Of a DNA stretch of 64,000 nucleotides, positions 20,354 through 31,043 are shown one piece after another. Below the pieces are notes generated by a model, which did not search any database, was not told the origin of the DNA, and was given only the letters and a program-made list of their open reading frames with translations. The DNA is from an uncultured Desulfosarcina sp. Lineage in GTDB: Bacteria; Desulfobacterota; Desulfobacteria; Desulfobacterales; Desulfosarcinaceae. The DNA is taken from assembly GCA_963674945.2 (NCBI GenBank), contig CAXXWQ010000003.1, positions 1,632,001 to 1,696,000 of the forward strand, written 5' to 3'. A program made the translations under genes and the position numbers. Each line of letters starts with the position of its first letter. Positions within the stretch are counted from its first letter, which is position 1.

Positions 20354-20854
20354 TTATGACTGGTGGTCGGACAACTCTTTCAAGTAGCGAAACAGGTTCC
20401 GGGCCGACCTTTTGGTCGCATTCTTTTCCCTTGCCTTCCGTGCGCTTCTCACCAAATGGCCCAGGCGCTGGCGATCGGCCCGGACAAAGGCGGTCAGAAT
20501 CTCTTCCATGGCTTCATCGTCTCCCGCCACCAGTCGATCCCGCCAATCTTCCAATCGATGAAATGCCCTGGCCTGTTTGTATGCACCCTGCTCGATCTCC
20601 AGCAGTGCACGCTCGATGGGTGCCACATCCACCGCCCGCATCAAGGCACCGATGTACTGCGTCTGGCGGCGCCTGGCCCCGTGGGACGACATGGGCCGAA
20701 GATCCCGGATGGCCGCCATCAGTTCCACCGACAGATCCATGGTTTTCAATTGCTCGTCATTCAACGCGGCCAGTTTCTCGCCCATTTTCTGAAGGGCCGT
20801 CGCCTCTTTTTTCCGCTGGGTACGGCTGATCTCCCGATCTTCCGTCATTTTCAT
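20354..20854 (-). CDS. yjgA: Ribosome-associated protein YjgA/DarP (DUF615)
   Basis: SRTQRKKE, LQKMGEKL, RRRQTQYIG, FHRLEDWRDRL and LFRYL motifs. Confidence 0.92.
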   Translation of the reverse strand: MKMTEDREISRTQRKKEATALQKMGEKLAALNDEQLKTMDLSVELMAAIRDLRPMSSHGARRRQTQYIGALMRAVDVAPIERALLEIEQGAYKQARAFHRLEDWRDRLVAGDDEAMEEILTAFVRADRQRLGHLVRSARKAREKNATKRSARNLFRYLKELSDHQS

Positions 20855-22239
20855 CTCCGTTTGACCATACGGGCCACCGATTCGATGTGATGGGTGTGGG
20901 GAAACATGTCCACCGGCTGCACTTCACGGATCTCATACACCTCTTTCAGTGCCACCATATCCCGGGCCATGGTGGCCGGGTTGCAGGAGACGTAGACGAT
21001 TCTTTCCGGTGCCATCTGGCAGACCGTTTTGAGGACGTCCTTGTGCATGCCGGCGCGGGGCGGATCGATCACCAGCAGATCGGGCACCATGTCCAGTGTC
21101 TCCAGTGTGTCCTTGACGTCTCCCGAGATGAACCGGCAATTCTCGATACCGTTTGCCTCGCAATTGCGCCGGGCATCGGCCACGGCACTCTCCACCAGTT
21201 CAATGCCGATCACGTTCCTTGCGCGTTCGGCCAACCAGATGGCGATGGTACCGGTGCCGCAATAAAGGTCCAGCACCGTTTCATCTCCTCCGAGCCGTGC
21301 ATATCGGCCCACGGTCTCGTACAATTTCTGGGCGCCCTTCGTATTGGTCTGGAAAAAGGAGTTGGCCGAAATCTCGAATGCGAAGGGACCGATGCGATCG
21401 GTCAATACCGATGTGCCGGCCAGATGGATTTCCCGTTCACCGATGGCCACGCCACTGCGCCTGGCCGTGATGTTGTTGACCACGCAAGCCACGTCGGGAA
21501 AATGGTCACGAAGCGTTTCCGCCAGGGGCGTGACCGCTTTTCGGTCTTCACATGAGGTGACGATGTTGACCATCCACCGGTCTTCTGCCGCCGAATGGCG
21601 CAGCATGAGAAAACGCCAAAATCCTTCGTGGCTGCGAAGGCCGTAGACCGGCCGGTCCGACGCGCGAATGAAATCGCGAACGGTGTTCAAAATGTCGTTT
21701 CCCCGTTCCGGCTGAAGCAGACAGGCCCGGGTATCCAGCACCTTGTGAAAGGTACCGGGCACGTGAAGTCCCAGGGCAAAATCCACATCCGTGACCGTTC
21801 CCAACTCGTGGGGCATGAGCCATCGGCGATCGGAACAGGAAAACTCCATCTTGTTTCGATACCCAAAAATCGATTCCGACGGCAATGTGGCATGCACGGT
21901 GGTGCCGTGAATCAGTGCGATATGTTCCAACGCTTCGGCCACATGTCGACGTTTCAATTCCAATTGGAAGGCGTAGTCGACAAACTGCCACTTGCAACCA
22001 CCGCAATAACCGCTGTAGGGGCATGGCGGGTCCACACGATGGGGGGAGGGTGCAAGGCGCTGCTGGACCACGGCTTCGGCCCAAGTTTTCTTTTTTCGAA
22101 CGATGCGGGCGGCCACCCGGTCGCCGGTGACGCTCTGATCCACGAAAACGGCGAAACCATCGATTTTGGCCAGGCCCTTGCCGCCAAAGGCCACATCGAG
22201 GATATCGCATTCGACGATCTGTTTTTTCTTAACGGTCAT
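20851..22239 (-). CDS. rlmD: 23S rRNA (uracil-1939-C5) methyltransferase
   Basis: TRAM domain, CPYxxxCGGC, SFFQTN, DLYCGTG, DPPRAG, YVSCNP and DMFPHTHHIE. Confidence 0.93.
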   Translation of the reverse strand: MTVKKKQIVECDILDVAFGGKGLAKIDGFAVFVDQSVTGDRVAARIVRKKKTWAEAVVQQRLAPSPHRVDPPCPYSGYCGGCKWQFVDYAFQLELKRRHVAEALEHIALIHGTTVHATLPSESIFGYRNKMEFSCSDRRWLMPHELGTVTDVDFALGLHVPGTFHKVLDTRACLLQPERGNDILNTVRDFIRASDRPVYGLRSHEGFWRFLMLRHSAAEDRWMVNIVTSCEDRKAVTPLAETLRDHFPDVACVVNNITARRSGVAIGEREIHLAGTSVLTDRIGPFAFEISANSFFQTNTKGAQKLYETVGRYARLGGDETVLDLYCGTGTIAIWLAERARNVIGIELVESAVADARRNCEANGIENCRFISGDVKDTLETLDMVPDLLVIDPPRAGMHKDVLKTVCQMAPERIVYVSCNPATMARDMVALKEVYEIREVQPVDMFPHTHHIESVARMVKRR

Positions 22240-22683
22240 AAAAAGCCCACTTCGCCTTGATTAAAAAAATAACGCATGACATGTGGCATGCTGCTCTTTT
22301 TGTCAAGCCCAAGCTTCACGTATCTGAATTGAGCTGTGCGCTGTCGGCTGATAGCTGCAATTAGAGAGTGTTGGGAAACAAGTGTTAAGGAAAGGATGAA
22401 ATCATTCATTAAAACAGATAGAATGCATTGACTTAACGCTTAAAACCTTAAACTATTCCCCCAAATCATCCCCCTGTCCCTGCAGCGCAGCCAGACGCTC
22501 ACGAATCAACACCGGATACTGATCTGCCTTTTTTTCTTGCCCAATTCTTCATTTTTCATTAGTGTAATAAAATCCAAGGGATGAACCGCATATTATTTCA
22601 CTCTGAGTTGAGCTTCGACTATCCGCCCTTTTGTTCGATCGACTGTTTCAAAACCCCGCAAAGCCCATACAAAGGACGCCACC

Positions 22684-25428
22684 ATGAAGAACACGGATCA
22701 TTTGAAAACGCTTACCGTCGGTGAAAAGGACTATGCCTTTTTCGATTTCAACCGATATGCCGCCGATACCAAGGTTTCGGTAAAAAAACTGCCCTTTTCC
22801 ATCAAAATCCTGGTGGAGAATCTGCTGCGCAAACTCGACGGCCGGGTAGTGACGGAGACGGATCTTGCCAACATCGCCAAATGGAAAAAAACCTACGATT
22901 CGCCGGTGGAGATCCCTTATCACCCGGCACGTGTGCTCATGCAGGATTTCACCGGTGTTCCGGCAGTGGTGGACCTGGCCGCCATGCGCGATGCGGTCAA
23001 GGTCCTGGGCAAGGATCCCGAACGGGTCAATCCCCTGGTCCCCACCGAACTGGTAGTGGATCACTCCATCCAGGTGGATTGTTATGGCACCAACGATGCC
23101 CTGGAAAAGAACGTGGCCCTCGAATACCAACGCAACGGTGAGCGCTACGAACTGCTCAAATGGGCGCAAAAGAGTTTTGCCAATTTCAAGGTGGTTCCGC
23201 CCAACTCGGGCATCTGCCACCAGGTAAACCTGGAAAACCTCGGCCGGGTGGTGATCACCCAATCTGCAGACGACAATACCGTCGTGTTCCCGGACACGGT
23301 GGTCGGGACCGACTCCCACACGCCCATGATCAACGGCATCGGTGTAATGGGATGGGGCGTGGGCGGTATCGAAGCCGAGGCAGTCATGCTGGGTCAACCC
23401 TATTACATGTCAATCCCCGAGGTAATCGGGGTCAAACTCACCGGTACCCTTACAGAAGGGGTGACGGCTACGGATCTCGTGCTGACCATCACCGAGATGC
23501 TGAGGAAGGTCAACGTGGTGGAAAAATTCGTCGAATATTTCGGCCCCGGTATGAAGAGTCTGTCGGTGACGGACCGCGCCACCATCGCCAATATGACCCC
23601 TGAATATGGCGCCACCCTGGGTTTCTTTCCGGTGGATGAGAAAACCCTGGCCTATCTGAACCTCACCGGAAGGAGGGACCAGGCACGTCTGGTGGAGGCC
23701 TATGCCAAGGCCACCGGGATGTTCTACACCGGCGACGTGGATCCGGAATTCACCCAGGTGGTGGAGCTGGATCTGTCCACCGTCGCCCCCTGTCTGGCCG
23801 GCCCGTCCCGTCCCCAGGACCGCATCCCACTTTCCCATATGAAACAGGCATTCGCCGACATCCTCGGCTGCGACTACAGCCGGGACACCGAGCTTGAGAA
23901 CATTTCCAAATTCCACGACGAATCGGGATCCGGGACCGCTCGCGCCAGACGCTGCCGCCCGCTCTCCCAGCGTCAGTTCGACCTGGAGCTAAACGGCCAG
24001 CCCGTAAAAATCGGCGACGGCAACGTCGTGATCGCCGCCATCACCTCCTGTACCAATACCTCCAATCCCCACGTGCTCATGGGGGCCGGGCTCATCGCCA
24101 AGAATGCCGTGGCAAGGGGCCTTCGCGTTCCACCCTTCGTCAAGACCTCCCTCGCACCGGGCTCCAAGGTGGTGGTGAACTACCTCTCAGCCGCCGGACT
24201 GGTCCCCTATTTCGATGCCCTGGGCTTTCACCTGGCTGCCTTCGGCTGCACCACCTGTATCGGGAACAGCGGCCCCTTGCGCCCGGAGATCGAGGAGGTG
24301 ATCACAGGCAACGATTTAAACGTGGCCGCCGTTCTCTCCGGCAACCGCAACTTCGAGGCCCGCATCCACCAGAGCATCAAGTCCAATTTTCTGGCATCCC
24401 CCATGCTGGTGGTGCTTTTCGCCCTTACCGGCCGGGTGGATATCGATCTGACCATGGAGCCGGTGGGTATCGATCCCAATGGCGCACCGGTCTACATGTC
24501 GGATCTCTGGCCCTCTTCCGATCAAATCGATGATCTGGTGCGATCCCACGTGAAGCAGGAATTCTACGAAAAGGAGTATGCACGCATTTTCGACGGTGAT
24601 CGTTTCTGGAGAGCCCTGGATATCGAAGAGAGCACCACCTTCGCCTGGAAACAAGACTCCACCTACATCAAAAATCCTCCCTACTTCGAAGGATTCTCCC
24701 TGACACCCCAGCCTCCTGGGGAGATCACCGACGCCCGCGCCTTTTTGGTGCTGGGGGACACGGTTACCACGGATCACATATCGCCGGCAGGTGCCATACC
24801 GGAGGATTATCCGGCCGGCCGGTATCTCATCGAAAACGGCGTGGCCAGAGAGCAATTCAACTCCTACGGATCACGCCGGGGCAATCACGAGGTGATGATG
24901 CGGGGAACCTTCGGCAACATCCGTATCAAAAACCGGCTGGTGGACCCCAAACAGGGAAGTTTCACCCTCAAATTTCCCGAAAAAAAAGAGATGTACAACT
25001 ACGATGCCGCCATGGCCTACAACGCCGAGGATACGCCACTGGTTGTGCTGGGAGGGAAGGAATACGGCACTGGTTCATCCCGGGACTGGGCCGCCAAGGG
25101 CACCAACTTGCTGGGTATCGAGGCGGTCATCGCCCAGTCCTACGAGCGCATCCATCGGAACAACCTGGTGGGCATGGGGGTTCTGCCACTGGTCTTCGCC
25201 GATGGTGAAAATGCCCAGAGCCTGGGACTGGATGGATCGGAGACCTTCACCATTTCGGGCATCGACAATATGATGCCGAGAAAGTCACTTACCGTCACGG
25301 CCACGAAAGAAGACGGAATAAAAATTACATTTTCCGTGACCTCACGGCTCGATACGGAGGTGGACGTCGCCTATTTCGAGCATGGCGGGATTCTTCCCTA
25401 CGTGATTCGAAAAATGATGGCGGATTAA
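22684..25428 (+). CDS. acnA: Aconitate hydratase A
   Basis: QDFTGVP, DHS, GTDSHT, ITSCTNTSNP, GCTTCIGNSG, TTDHISPAG and GSSRDWAAKG motifs. Confidence 0.98.
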   Translation: MKNTDHLKTLTVGEKDYAFFDFNRYAADTKVSVKKLPFSIKILVENLLRKLDGRVVTETDLANIAKWKKTYDSPVEIPYHPARVLMQDFTGVPAVVDLAAMRDAVKVLGKDPERVNPLVPTELVVDHSIQVDCYGTNDALEKNVALEYQRNGERYELLKWAQKSFANFKVVPPNSGICHQVNLENLGRVVITQSADDNTVVFPDTVVGTDSHTPMINGIGVMGWGVGGIEAEAVMLGQPYYMSIPEVIGVKLTGTLTEGVTATDLVLTITEMLRKVNVVEKFVEYFGPGMKSLSVTDRATIANMTPEYGATLGFFPVDEKTLAYLNLTGRRDQARLVEAYAKATGMFYTGDVDPEFTQVVELDLSTVAPCLAGPSRPQDRIPLSHMKQAFADILGCDYSRDTELENISKFHDESGSGTARARRCRPLSQRQFDLELNGQPVKIGDGNVVIAAITSCTNTSNPHVLMGAGLIAKNAVARGLRVPPFVKTSLAPGSKVVVNYLSAAGLVPYFDALGFHLAAFGCTTCIGNSGPLRPEIEEVITGNDLNVAAVLSGNRNFEARIHQSIKSNFLASPMLVVLFALTGRVDIDLTMEPVGIDPNGAPVYMSDLWPSSDQIDDLVRSHVKQEFYEKEYARIFDGDRFWRALDIEESTTFAWKQDSTYIKNPPYFEGFSLTPQPPGEITDARAFLVLGDTVTTDHISPAGAIPEDYPAGRYLIENGVAREQFNSYGSRRGNHEVMMRGTFGNIRIKNRLVDPKQGSFTLKFPEKKEMYNYDAAMAYNAEDTPLVVLGGKEYGTGSSRDWAAKGTNLLGIEAVIAQSYERIHRNNLVGMGVLPLVFADGENAQSLGLDGSETFTISGIDNMMPRKSLTVTATKEDGIKITFSVTSRLDTEVDVAYFEHGGILPYVIRKMMAD

Positions 25429-25508
25429 TGCAAATCAAAGACGGCATATAAAAATTGGAATATAAAAACCGATATCCTTCCAATGGAAATACAAAAAAGG
25501 AAGGTACA

Positions 25509-26765
25509 GTGAGAACCGGAAAAAAAATTCTGGTGGTCGAAGACAGTAAGATGTTCGGCCACGCCATTACCGAAAAAATCATCACGGAACTTGGCTATAC
25601 CACATCTCTTGCCACGACGTACGGGGACGCCCAGCAAGTATTGCATGACAATAACGATGGTTTTTTCGCCGCCGTTCTCGATTTGATCTTGCCGGATGCC
25701 CCCAACGGCGAAGTGGTCGACTACGTGCTGGAAAAAGAGATCCCCACCATCGTCCTGACGTCCACCTTCAGTTATGCCATGCGGGAAGAGTGCGTCTCGA
25801 AAAACATCGTCGACTACATCGTGAAAGAAGGGCCCCACAGCCTGGACAATCTCATCAAGACCCTGCGCCGATTGGAAGCCAACACATCCACAAAGATCCT
25901 GGTCGTGGATGATTCTAAGCTTTCCCGGAAAACCATCACGGATCTTCTGCTTCGCCACCGATTCATCACGTTTGAGGCGCCCGACGGGAAGACCGCCCTT
26001 ACGATACTATCCAAGCATCCGGACATCCGGGCGGTCATCACCGATTACGAGATGCCCAACATGGATGGTTTTACGTTGATTGAAAAAATGCGACAAACCC
26101 ATTCCATGGATCAAATGGCCATCATCGGTGTTTCCGGAAGCGGCGGGTCGATCATGTCCGCCAAGTTTTTAAAAAAAGGGGCCAATGATTTCATCGTCAA
26201 ACCCTTTTGTAACGAAGAGTTTTTCCTTCGGATCAATCAGAACCTGCAAATGCTCGATTACCTGGAAACCATCCGCGAGACCGCTGTCAGGGATCACCTC
26301 ACCGGACTCTATAACCGCAGGTACTTTTTCGAAATTGGACAAACGCTCTTTAAAAACGCGTTGCGAAAAAGTTTTAACATCGTGTTGGCCATGATCGACA
26401 TCGATTTTTTCAAGAACGTCAACGATACCTTTGGGCATGGCGCCGGCGATGAAGTTCTTTCGCAAGTGGCGACCATTTTGGCCGATCATTTTCGTTCATC
26501 CGACGTGGTTGCACGGTTGGGAGGCGAGGAGTTCTGTGTGATGGCGCCGAATATGGCACAGGATCACGCGTTCAGGATTTTCGACGAACTCCGATCGACC
26601 ATTGAAGCCCAACCCTTTTCGACCAAAGCCGGCCAAATCAAGGCTACCGTCTCCATCGGACTCACGCTACAAACCGGAGAGTCCTTGGAGGATGCCCTCG
26701 CCAAGGCCGATCAACTGCTCTATCAGGCCAAAGAGCAAGGCAGAAATCAGGTAATCGCCGCCTGA
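25509..26765 (+). CDS. PleD-like REC-REC-GGDEF diguanylate cyclase
   Basis: Two receiver domains (VVEDS/LDLILPD; VVDDS/TDYEMP), DHLTGLYNRR, RSSD I-site and GGEEF; GTG start inferred. Confidence 0.92.
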   Translation: MRTGKKILVVEDSKMFGHAITEKIITELGYTTSLATTYGDAQQVLHDNNDGFFAAVLDLILPDAPNGEVVDYVLEKEIPTIVLTSTFSYAMREECVSKNIVDYIVKEGPHSLDNLIKTLRRLEANTSTKILVVDDSKLSRKTITDLLLRHRFITFEAPDGKTALTILSKHPDIRAVITDYEMPNMDGFTLIEKMRQTHSMDQMAIIGVSGSGGSIMSAKFLKKGANDFIVKPFCNEEFFLRINQNLQMLDYLETIRETAVRDHLTGLYNRRYFFEIGQTLFKNALRKSFNIVLAMIDIDFFKNVNDTFGHGAGDEVLSQVATILADHFRSSDVVARLGGEEFCVMAPNMAQDHAFRIFDELRSTIEAQPFSTKAGQIKATVSIGLTLQTGESLEDALAKADQLLYQAKEQGRNQVIAA

Positions 26766-26949
26766 TTTCTGCCTTTCCTGTAAAAAGTATCTTTCAATTT
26801 GTATTGCCGAACGAATTCCTCAGAAGGTTCAATGCGCCCTAAAGGTCTCTCGTATTCGGTCAGATCGGATTCAAGACGGTGATTTTGGCAAGACTATAGA
26901 AAGGAAGCTGTATCTGTTATACCGCGACGACCGATAACGCAGTCCAGAA

Positions 26950-27576
26950 TCATCGTCTTGGGCCCGATATCAGCCCGGCCTTTTTCTTTACGCTCAATAA
27001 TCCCGGACTGAAATTCAGGTGCATCAATGTCGACCGGTACCCCATGGCAAGAAACACCGTTTCCAGTTGATCGAACAGCACCGGCCGGTCCGGCCATTTG
27101 AACCGCATCTCTTCCCTGCGAAAGGATTCCCACCTTCGTTTTGCATCGCAATTTTCTTTGAACACCTGGCTCATTGCCCGGTCGCACAGAAACATGGCGC
27201 AGACCACCGGCCGAACGGCCCATGCACATCCATCTGGCCTCAGATAGACGCAACGGTGCCCCTGATTCACCTTTCGCAACATCGCTTCCAGGTCGTCCAA
27301 TTGAGATGGCGCACTGAAGAGGGCATTGATCACCGTATCGGCAAAAAAGGTGATGATCCCATCCTTGCTACAGCATGCGCTGATATGGCTCTGGTAGCAG
27401 GTTTCGATGCAGATCTTACCGAAGTGATGGTGTAAGAAGTCATCCACCGACTTGCGAAATGCGATATAGTCCTTTGCCCTGGCAACGAGTGCCGATCGGT
27501 CCGCTTTGCTCATTCGGTTCAATCCTTGTCGAACCTTCATCAATGCGTCGAGTTGTTCCTTTTGATAGTCGTTCAA
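26950..27576 (-). CDS. Cys-cluster hypothetical protein (YkgJ-like)
   Basis: CxxxC...ACC, CVYL...GC...RPVVCAMFLC pattern. Confidence 0.65.
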   Translation of the reverse strand: MNDYQKEQLDALMKVRQGLNRMSKADRSALVARAKDYIAFRKSVDDFLHHHFGKICIETCYQSHISACCSKDGIITFFADTVINALFSAPSQLDDLEAMLRKVNQGHRCVYLRPDGCAWAVRPVVCAMFLCDRAMSQVFKENCDAKRRWESFRREEMRFKWPDRPVLFDQLETVFLAMGYRSTLMHLNFSPGLLSVKKKAGLISGPRR

Positions 27577-27739
27577 GTGTTCATCCTCTTTTTTTGTTAT
27601 GAAGATGCCCTTAGGCGACGCACGATGGTTTTGTCAACGATCGAGTAAAGACCATTTTATTCTTGACGATTTTTTCCATTTTTCGGATAAACAAAATCCC
27701 CTTATCAAAGATTGGAAAATCCTCATAATGCGAGACGGC

Positions 27740-28927
27740 ATGTCAGAAAACAGAGAAATTCGTTCCCTTTCTCTCCCTTTGGACCAGATTGCCGCACCAG
27801 CCTTTTTCGTGGACAAGAAACTGTCCCTGTGCTGGACGGCACCGGCCGGCAGGGATCCGTTCTCACAAAAGCTGGTCCGGCAACTGGAGTCATCCTCCAC
27901 GCGCAATGTCTTTGATATCCTGCTCAGGGATGAAATCAAGGTTGCCGTCCCCCAGTGGCAGGATTTCTTCTCCTTTGTTTATACATTATTGAAACACTCG
28001 GTTTCCCAGGACATCTTCGATACGGCGACGATATTCGTTCCCAGAGCGAACGTTCCCGTGAATCATGTCAACCGATCTTCACCGTTGGAGTTCGGACTTT
28101 TCCAGGCGGAAAGCCGCCTGCTTTCCAACGGGTTCGATCCGAAACATCCACCCTTGCGATTATTTGGACTGCAATTCGGCGCCGGAACCTTGTTCTTTTT
28201 GCGCAATGACGCATGGCAGTTTCTGGAAAAAAACGATAACGGTGGTGAACCGGCTCATACCCAACAGCAGCAAGGCGATCAAAAGAAAATCATTGCCATC
28301 TTGTCTGCACGACTCAATGATTCCCACCGAATCGCGGAGACCATGCTTCCGGAACTCTATTTGGAATTGACGGACCATCTGTGGCAGGAGACCGATGACG
28401 CCGTCAGATCCCTTGGCGGCAAGCGTGTTTTATTTGATGGCGGAGAAATCCAATATCGCTTTACCGACTGCATCGGACGGAACCCCGTCTTCAGCGCCAT
28501 CTGCTGTGCCACACGATTTAACGGACAGATGCAAAAATTGGCAGGAAAGTTAGCGGAAAAGGGTGGATGGGTGGATGAAATTCGGTTGAACATGGGGATC
28601 AGTCACGGCAATGACGATCACGAGATGACGAACACGGCTGACCCCATGGAACTGATGATTCCCGGCGGCGCATCCGATCAGGCTTCGGTTTTGTCCGGTA
28701 TCTCCGGAAAAGGAGAGATTTGGATCACAAAAAACGCCGTCACCCAACTTCCCAAAAACTTGTTGAATCGGGTCGTTTTGGGCATAAATCGAAATGGCCG
28801 CTTTTTTCGCAACTTCTTTACCCGGTTTTCTGACCTTTCGCCAAGGGTCGGTCAAACGGTCATCAAATCCGATTTGGTCGGCCTGGCCATCGCCCGGATC
28901 GATAAACTGGAAAGGAAGGGTTCCTGA
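27740..28927 (+). CDS. Degenerate class III nucleotidyl-cyclase-like protein
   Basis: C-terminal half follows the cyclase pattern (AILSARLNDS...AETM, GG...DGG...YRF, LNMGISHG, GEIWITK) without the catalytic residues. Confidence 0.6.
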   Translation: MSENREIRSLSLPLDQIAAPAFFVDKKLSLCWTAPAGRDPFSQKLVRQLESSSTRNVFDILLRDEIKVAVPQWQDFFSFVYTLLKHSVSQDIFDTATIFVPRANVPVNHVNRSSPLEFGLFQAESRLLSNGFDPKHPPLRLFGLQFGAGTLFFLRNDAWQFLEKNDNGGEPAHTQQQQGDQKKIIAILSARLNDSHRIAETMLPELYLELTDHLWQETDDAVRSLGGKRVLFDGGEIQYRFTDCIGRNPVFSAICCATRFNGQMQKLAGKLAEKGGWVDEIRLNMGISHGNDDHEMTNTADPMELMIPGGASDQASVLSGISGKGEIWITKNAVTQLPKNLLNRVVLGINRNGRFFRNFFTRFSDLSPRVGQTVIKSDLVGLAIARIDKLERKGS

Positions 28928-29142
28928 TGCCACAAGAAAGCCCAACGGTCAAGGTTCACGTGAATATCGAATTGTCCGCATCCGCTATTCAGGCCGTGGT
29001 CGCCAACGTGAAAAAAAAGACGGGCCCCGACGACCAGGGGCGATACCGGGTGGATACGGCCGATGCCTTGGGCGACCTGATCTCCGTGTTTCTTCGGGAG
29101 AAAAATTTCGACGAATTTGCCAAGGACGAAGAGAACTATTGA
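28927..29142 (+). CDS. Small hypothetical protein
   Basis: TGATG coupling to the upstream gene, purine-rich RBS, host-like codon usage. Confidence 0.7.
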   Translation: MPQESPTVKVHVNIELSASAIQAVVANVKKKTGPDDQGRYRVDTADALGDLISVFLREKNFDEFAKDEENY

Positions 29143-30338
29143 TTCTTACGTGGGACCGCTGCCTTGTACAGTGTAAGGTCTCCGGTCACACAATAGGATT
29201 GGAGGCTGGCAGGTATCAGAAAGCTATCCCCTTTCTTCACGGCAAGGGATCGCTTTCGGTCATCTTCGATCCTTCCGTTTCCCGACGTACACAATAGCAT
29301 CTCCACGCTTCGTTTCGAAGGTGATCGGTACGGTCTGTCCCCATGGGCATGGATGACACCGAGGACGAATTCCGAAGCCGGACATTGGTAAATGGATTCA
29401 CCGTTTCTGATGACGTTGGCGTGAAGAACATCGATCCGGGTCGTTTCAAACCGGACCACACATAGCAGCTGTTCAACGTCAACATGTTTCGGCGTCAATC
29501 CCCCCCGTAGCACATTGTCCGAATTCGCCATCAATTCGATGCCGACCCCATCCAGATAAGCATGAAGCTGGCCTGCGGGAAGGTACATGGCCTGGCCGGG
29601 GTCGAGGCAGATCAGGTTCAGCAGCGCCGGACTCAGCGCCCCCATATCCGCCGGATAGGCTTGGGAAAGCACCACTATCCAGCGGTAAACGGGTGACGCC
29701 TCGGCCATTGGTGCGGCCTTTGTCCGAAGCTCTGTGGCAGCGCGTTCGCATTGGGCAGGGGAAAGCGTCATCATGGCGGCAAAAAAGGATTGCAACCCAT
29801 CCGGTTGATTTCTCAAATGCCCCAAGGCGTCTCTCAGGATCGCCGGGCAAACCGGTTCGATCAACTCGGCGGCATCCTCGGGCGATCGGAATCCATTCAG
29901 CCCCCAAAACGGGGTTACTGCGCAGATGATTTCCGGCTTGTGGTTGTCATCCCGGTAGTTGCGGTTCGGCGCATCGCGGGGTACACCCTTTTCCTCTTCC
30001 GCTGAAAATCCCGCCTCGGCCTGTTTTTTGTTTGGATGTGCCTGAATGGAAAGCGGACGTTCTGCAGCCAGAACCTTGAACAGATACGGCAGGGTATTGT
30101 CGAATCGGTCGGCCACATTCGCTCCCAGAATTTCCACGGGCCGCTGTTCGATCAGCTGTTTCAAAGAGATTCGCACCCCATCTGCCACCGCCAGGGACGG
30201 CCCCTTGGGATGGATCCCCATCCACATTTCCGCCTGGGGGGTGTGCGACGGGCTGGGAAGACCGAGCAACTGGGCAATGGCGGTTCGTGATCCCCAGGCA
30301 TAAGGTTGGATGACGTTTTCCAGACGATAAATGGGCAT
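29136..30338 (-). CDS. manA: Mannose-6-phosphate isomerase, class I
   Basis: YAWGS, AEMWMGIHP, LPYLFKVL, LSIQAHP, NHKPE, LHAYL and ANSDNVLRGGLT motifs. Confidence 0.96.
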   Translation of the reverse strand: MPIYRLENVIQPYAWGSRTAIAQLLGLPSPSHTPQAEMWMGIHPKGPSLAVADGVRISLKQLIEQRPVEILGANVADRFDNTLPYLFKVLAAERPLSIQAHPNKKQAEAGFSAEEEKGVPRDAPNRNYRDDNHKPEIICAVTPFWGLNGFRSPEDAAELIEPVCPAILRDALGHLRNQPDGLQSFFAAMMTLSPAQCERAATELRTKAAPMAEASPVYRWIVVLSQAYPADMGALSPALLNLICLDPGQAMYLPAGQLHAYLDGVGIELMANSDNVLRGGLTPKHVDVEQLLCVVRFETTRIDVLHANVIRNGESIYQCPASEFVLGVIHAHGDRPYRSPSKRSVEMLLCTSGNGRIEDDRKRSLAVKKGDSFLIPASLQSYCVTGDLTLYKAAVPRKNQ

Positions 30339-30404
30339 GGGGTACCTTCATGATCACACTGCGATCAGTTTACTATTTAACCGAATATTTGTTATATATT
30401 GGCA

Positions 30405-31043
30405 ATGGATACCATAAACCTGGTCGTAAATGAAATATTTTATAGCATCCAAGGCGAGTCCGTTCATGCAGGTCTCCCCTGCACTTTCGTTCGGTTGACC
30501 GGGTGCAACCTGCGTTGCCGGTATTGCGATACGACCTATGCATTTTTCCATGGCACCACCATGGCGGTGGATGACATCGTCAGACGAATAGACGGTCTCG
30601 GCTGCGACCTGGTGGAAATCACCGGCGGAGAGCCGTTGACACAGGATGGGACGCCTCCTCTGGTCGAACGGCTGCTGGAAGACGGATACCGTGTCCTGGT
30701 GGAAACCAATGGTTCTCTGGATATCGACCTTCTGGACAGGCGGTGCAGTCGCATCATGGACATCAAATGCCCCTCCAGCGGGGAGCATGAGAAAAACGAT
30801 CTTGCCAACCTGCACCGTCTGACCGCCCACGACCAGGTCAAGTTCGTCATCGGCGATCATGACGATTTTCGCTTTGCCGTCGAGATGTCACAACGGCTGC
30901 CACAGGCGATGCCCACGGATCGGATCCTCTTCTCCCCCGTGGTGGACCGGTTGGCACCGGTGAAGTTGGCCCAATGGATGTTGGAGAATCATATCCGGGC
31001 CAGGTTTCAGGTACAATTGCATAAGGTGATCGGACTAAAATGA
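30405..31043 (+). CDS. queE: 7-carboxy-7-deazaguanine synthase (radical SAM)
   Basis: [28 protein letters not shown] and QLHK; adjacent to queC. Confidence 0.93.
   Translation: MDTINLVVNEIFYSIQGESVHAGLPCTFVRLTGCNLRCRYCDTTYAFFHGTTMAVDDIVRRIDGLGCDLVEITGGEPLTQDGTPPLVERLLEDGYRVLVETNGSLDIDLLDRRCSRIMDIKCPSSGEHEKNDLANLHRLTAHDQVKFVIGDHDDFRFAVEMSQRLPQAMPTDRILFSPVVDRLAPVKLAQWMLENHIRARFQVQLHKVIGLK

Noticed and set aside
22240..22683. ncRNA or riboswitch in the rlmD-acnA intergenic region
   Set aside because: Only a weak promoter-like TTGACT-N16-TAAACT is visible; no convincing structure.
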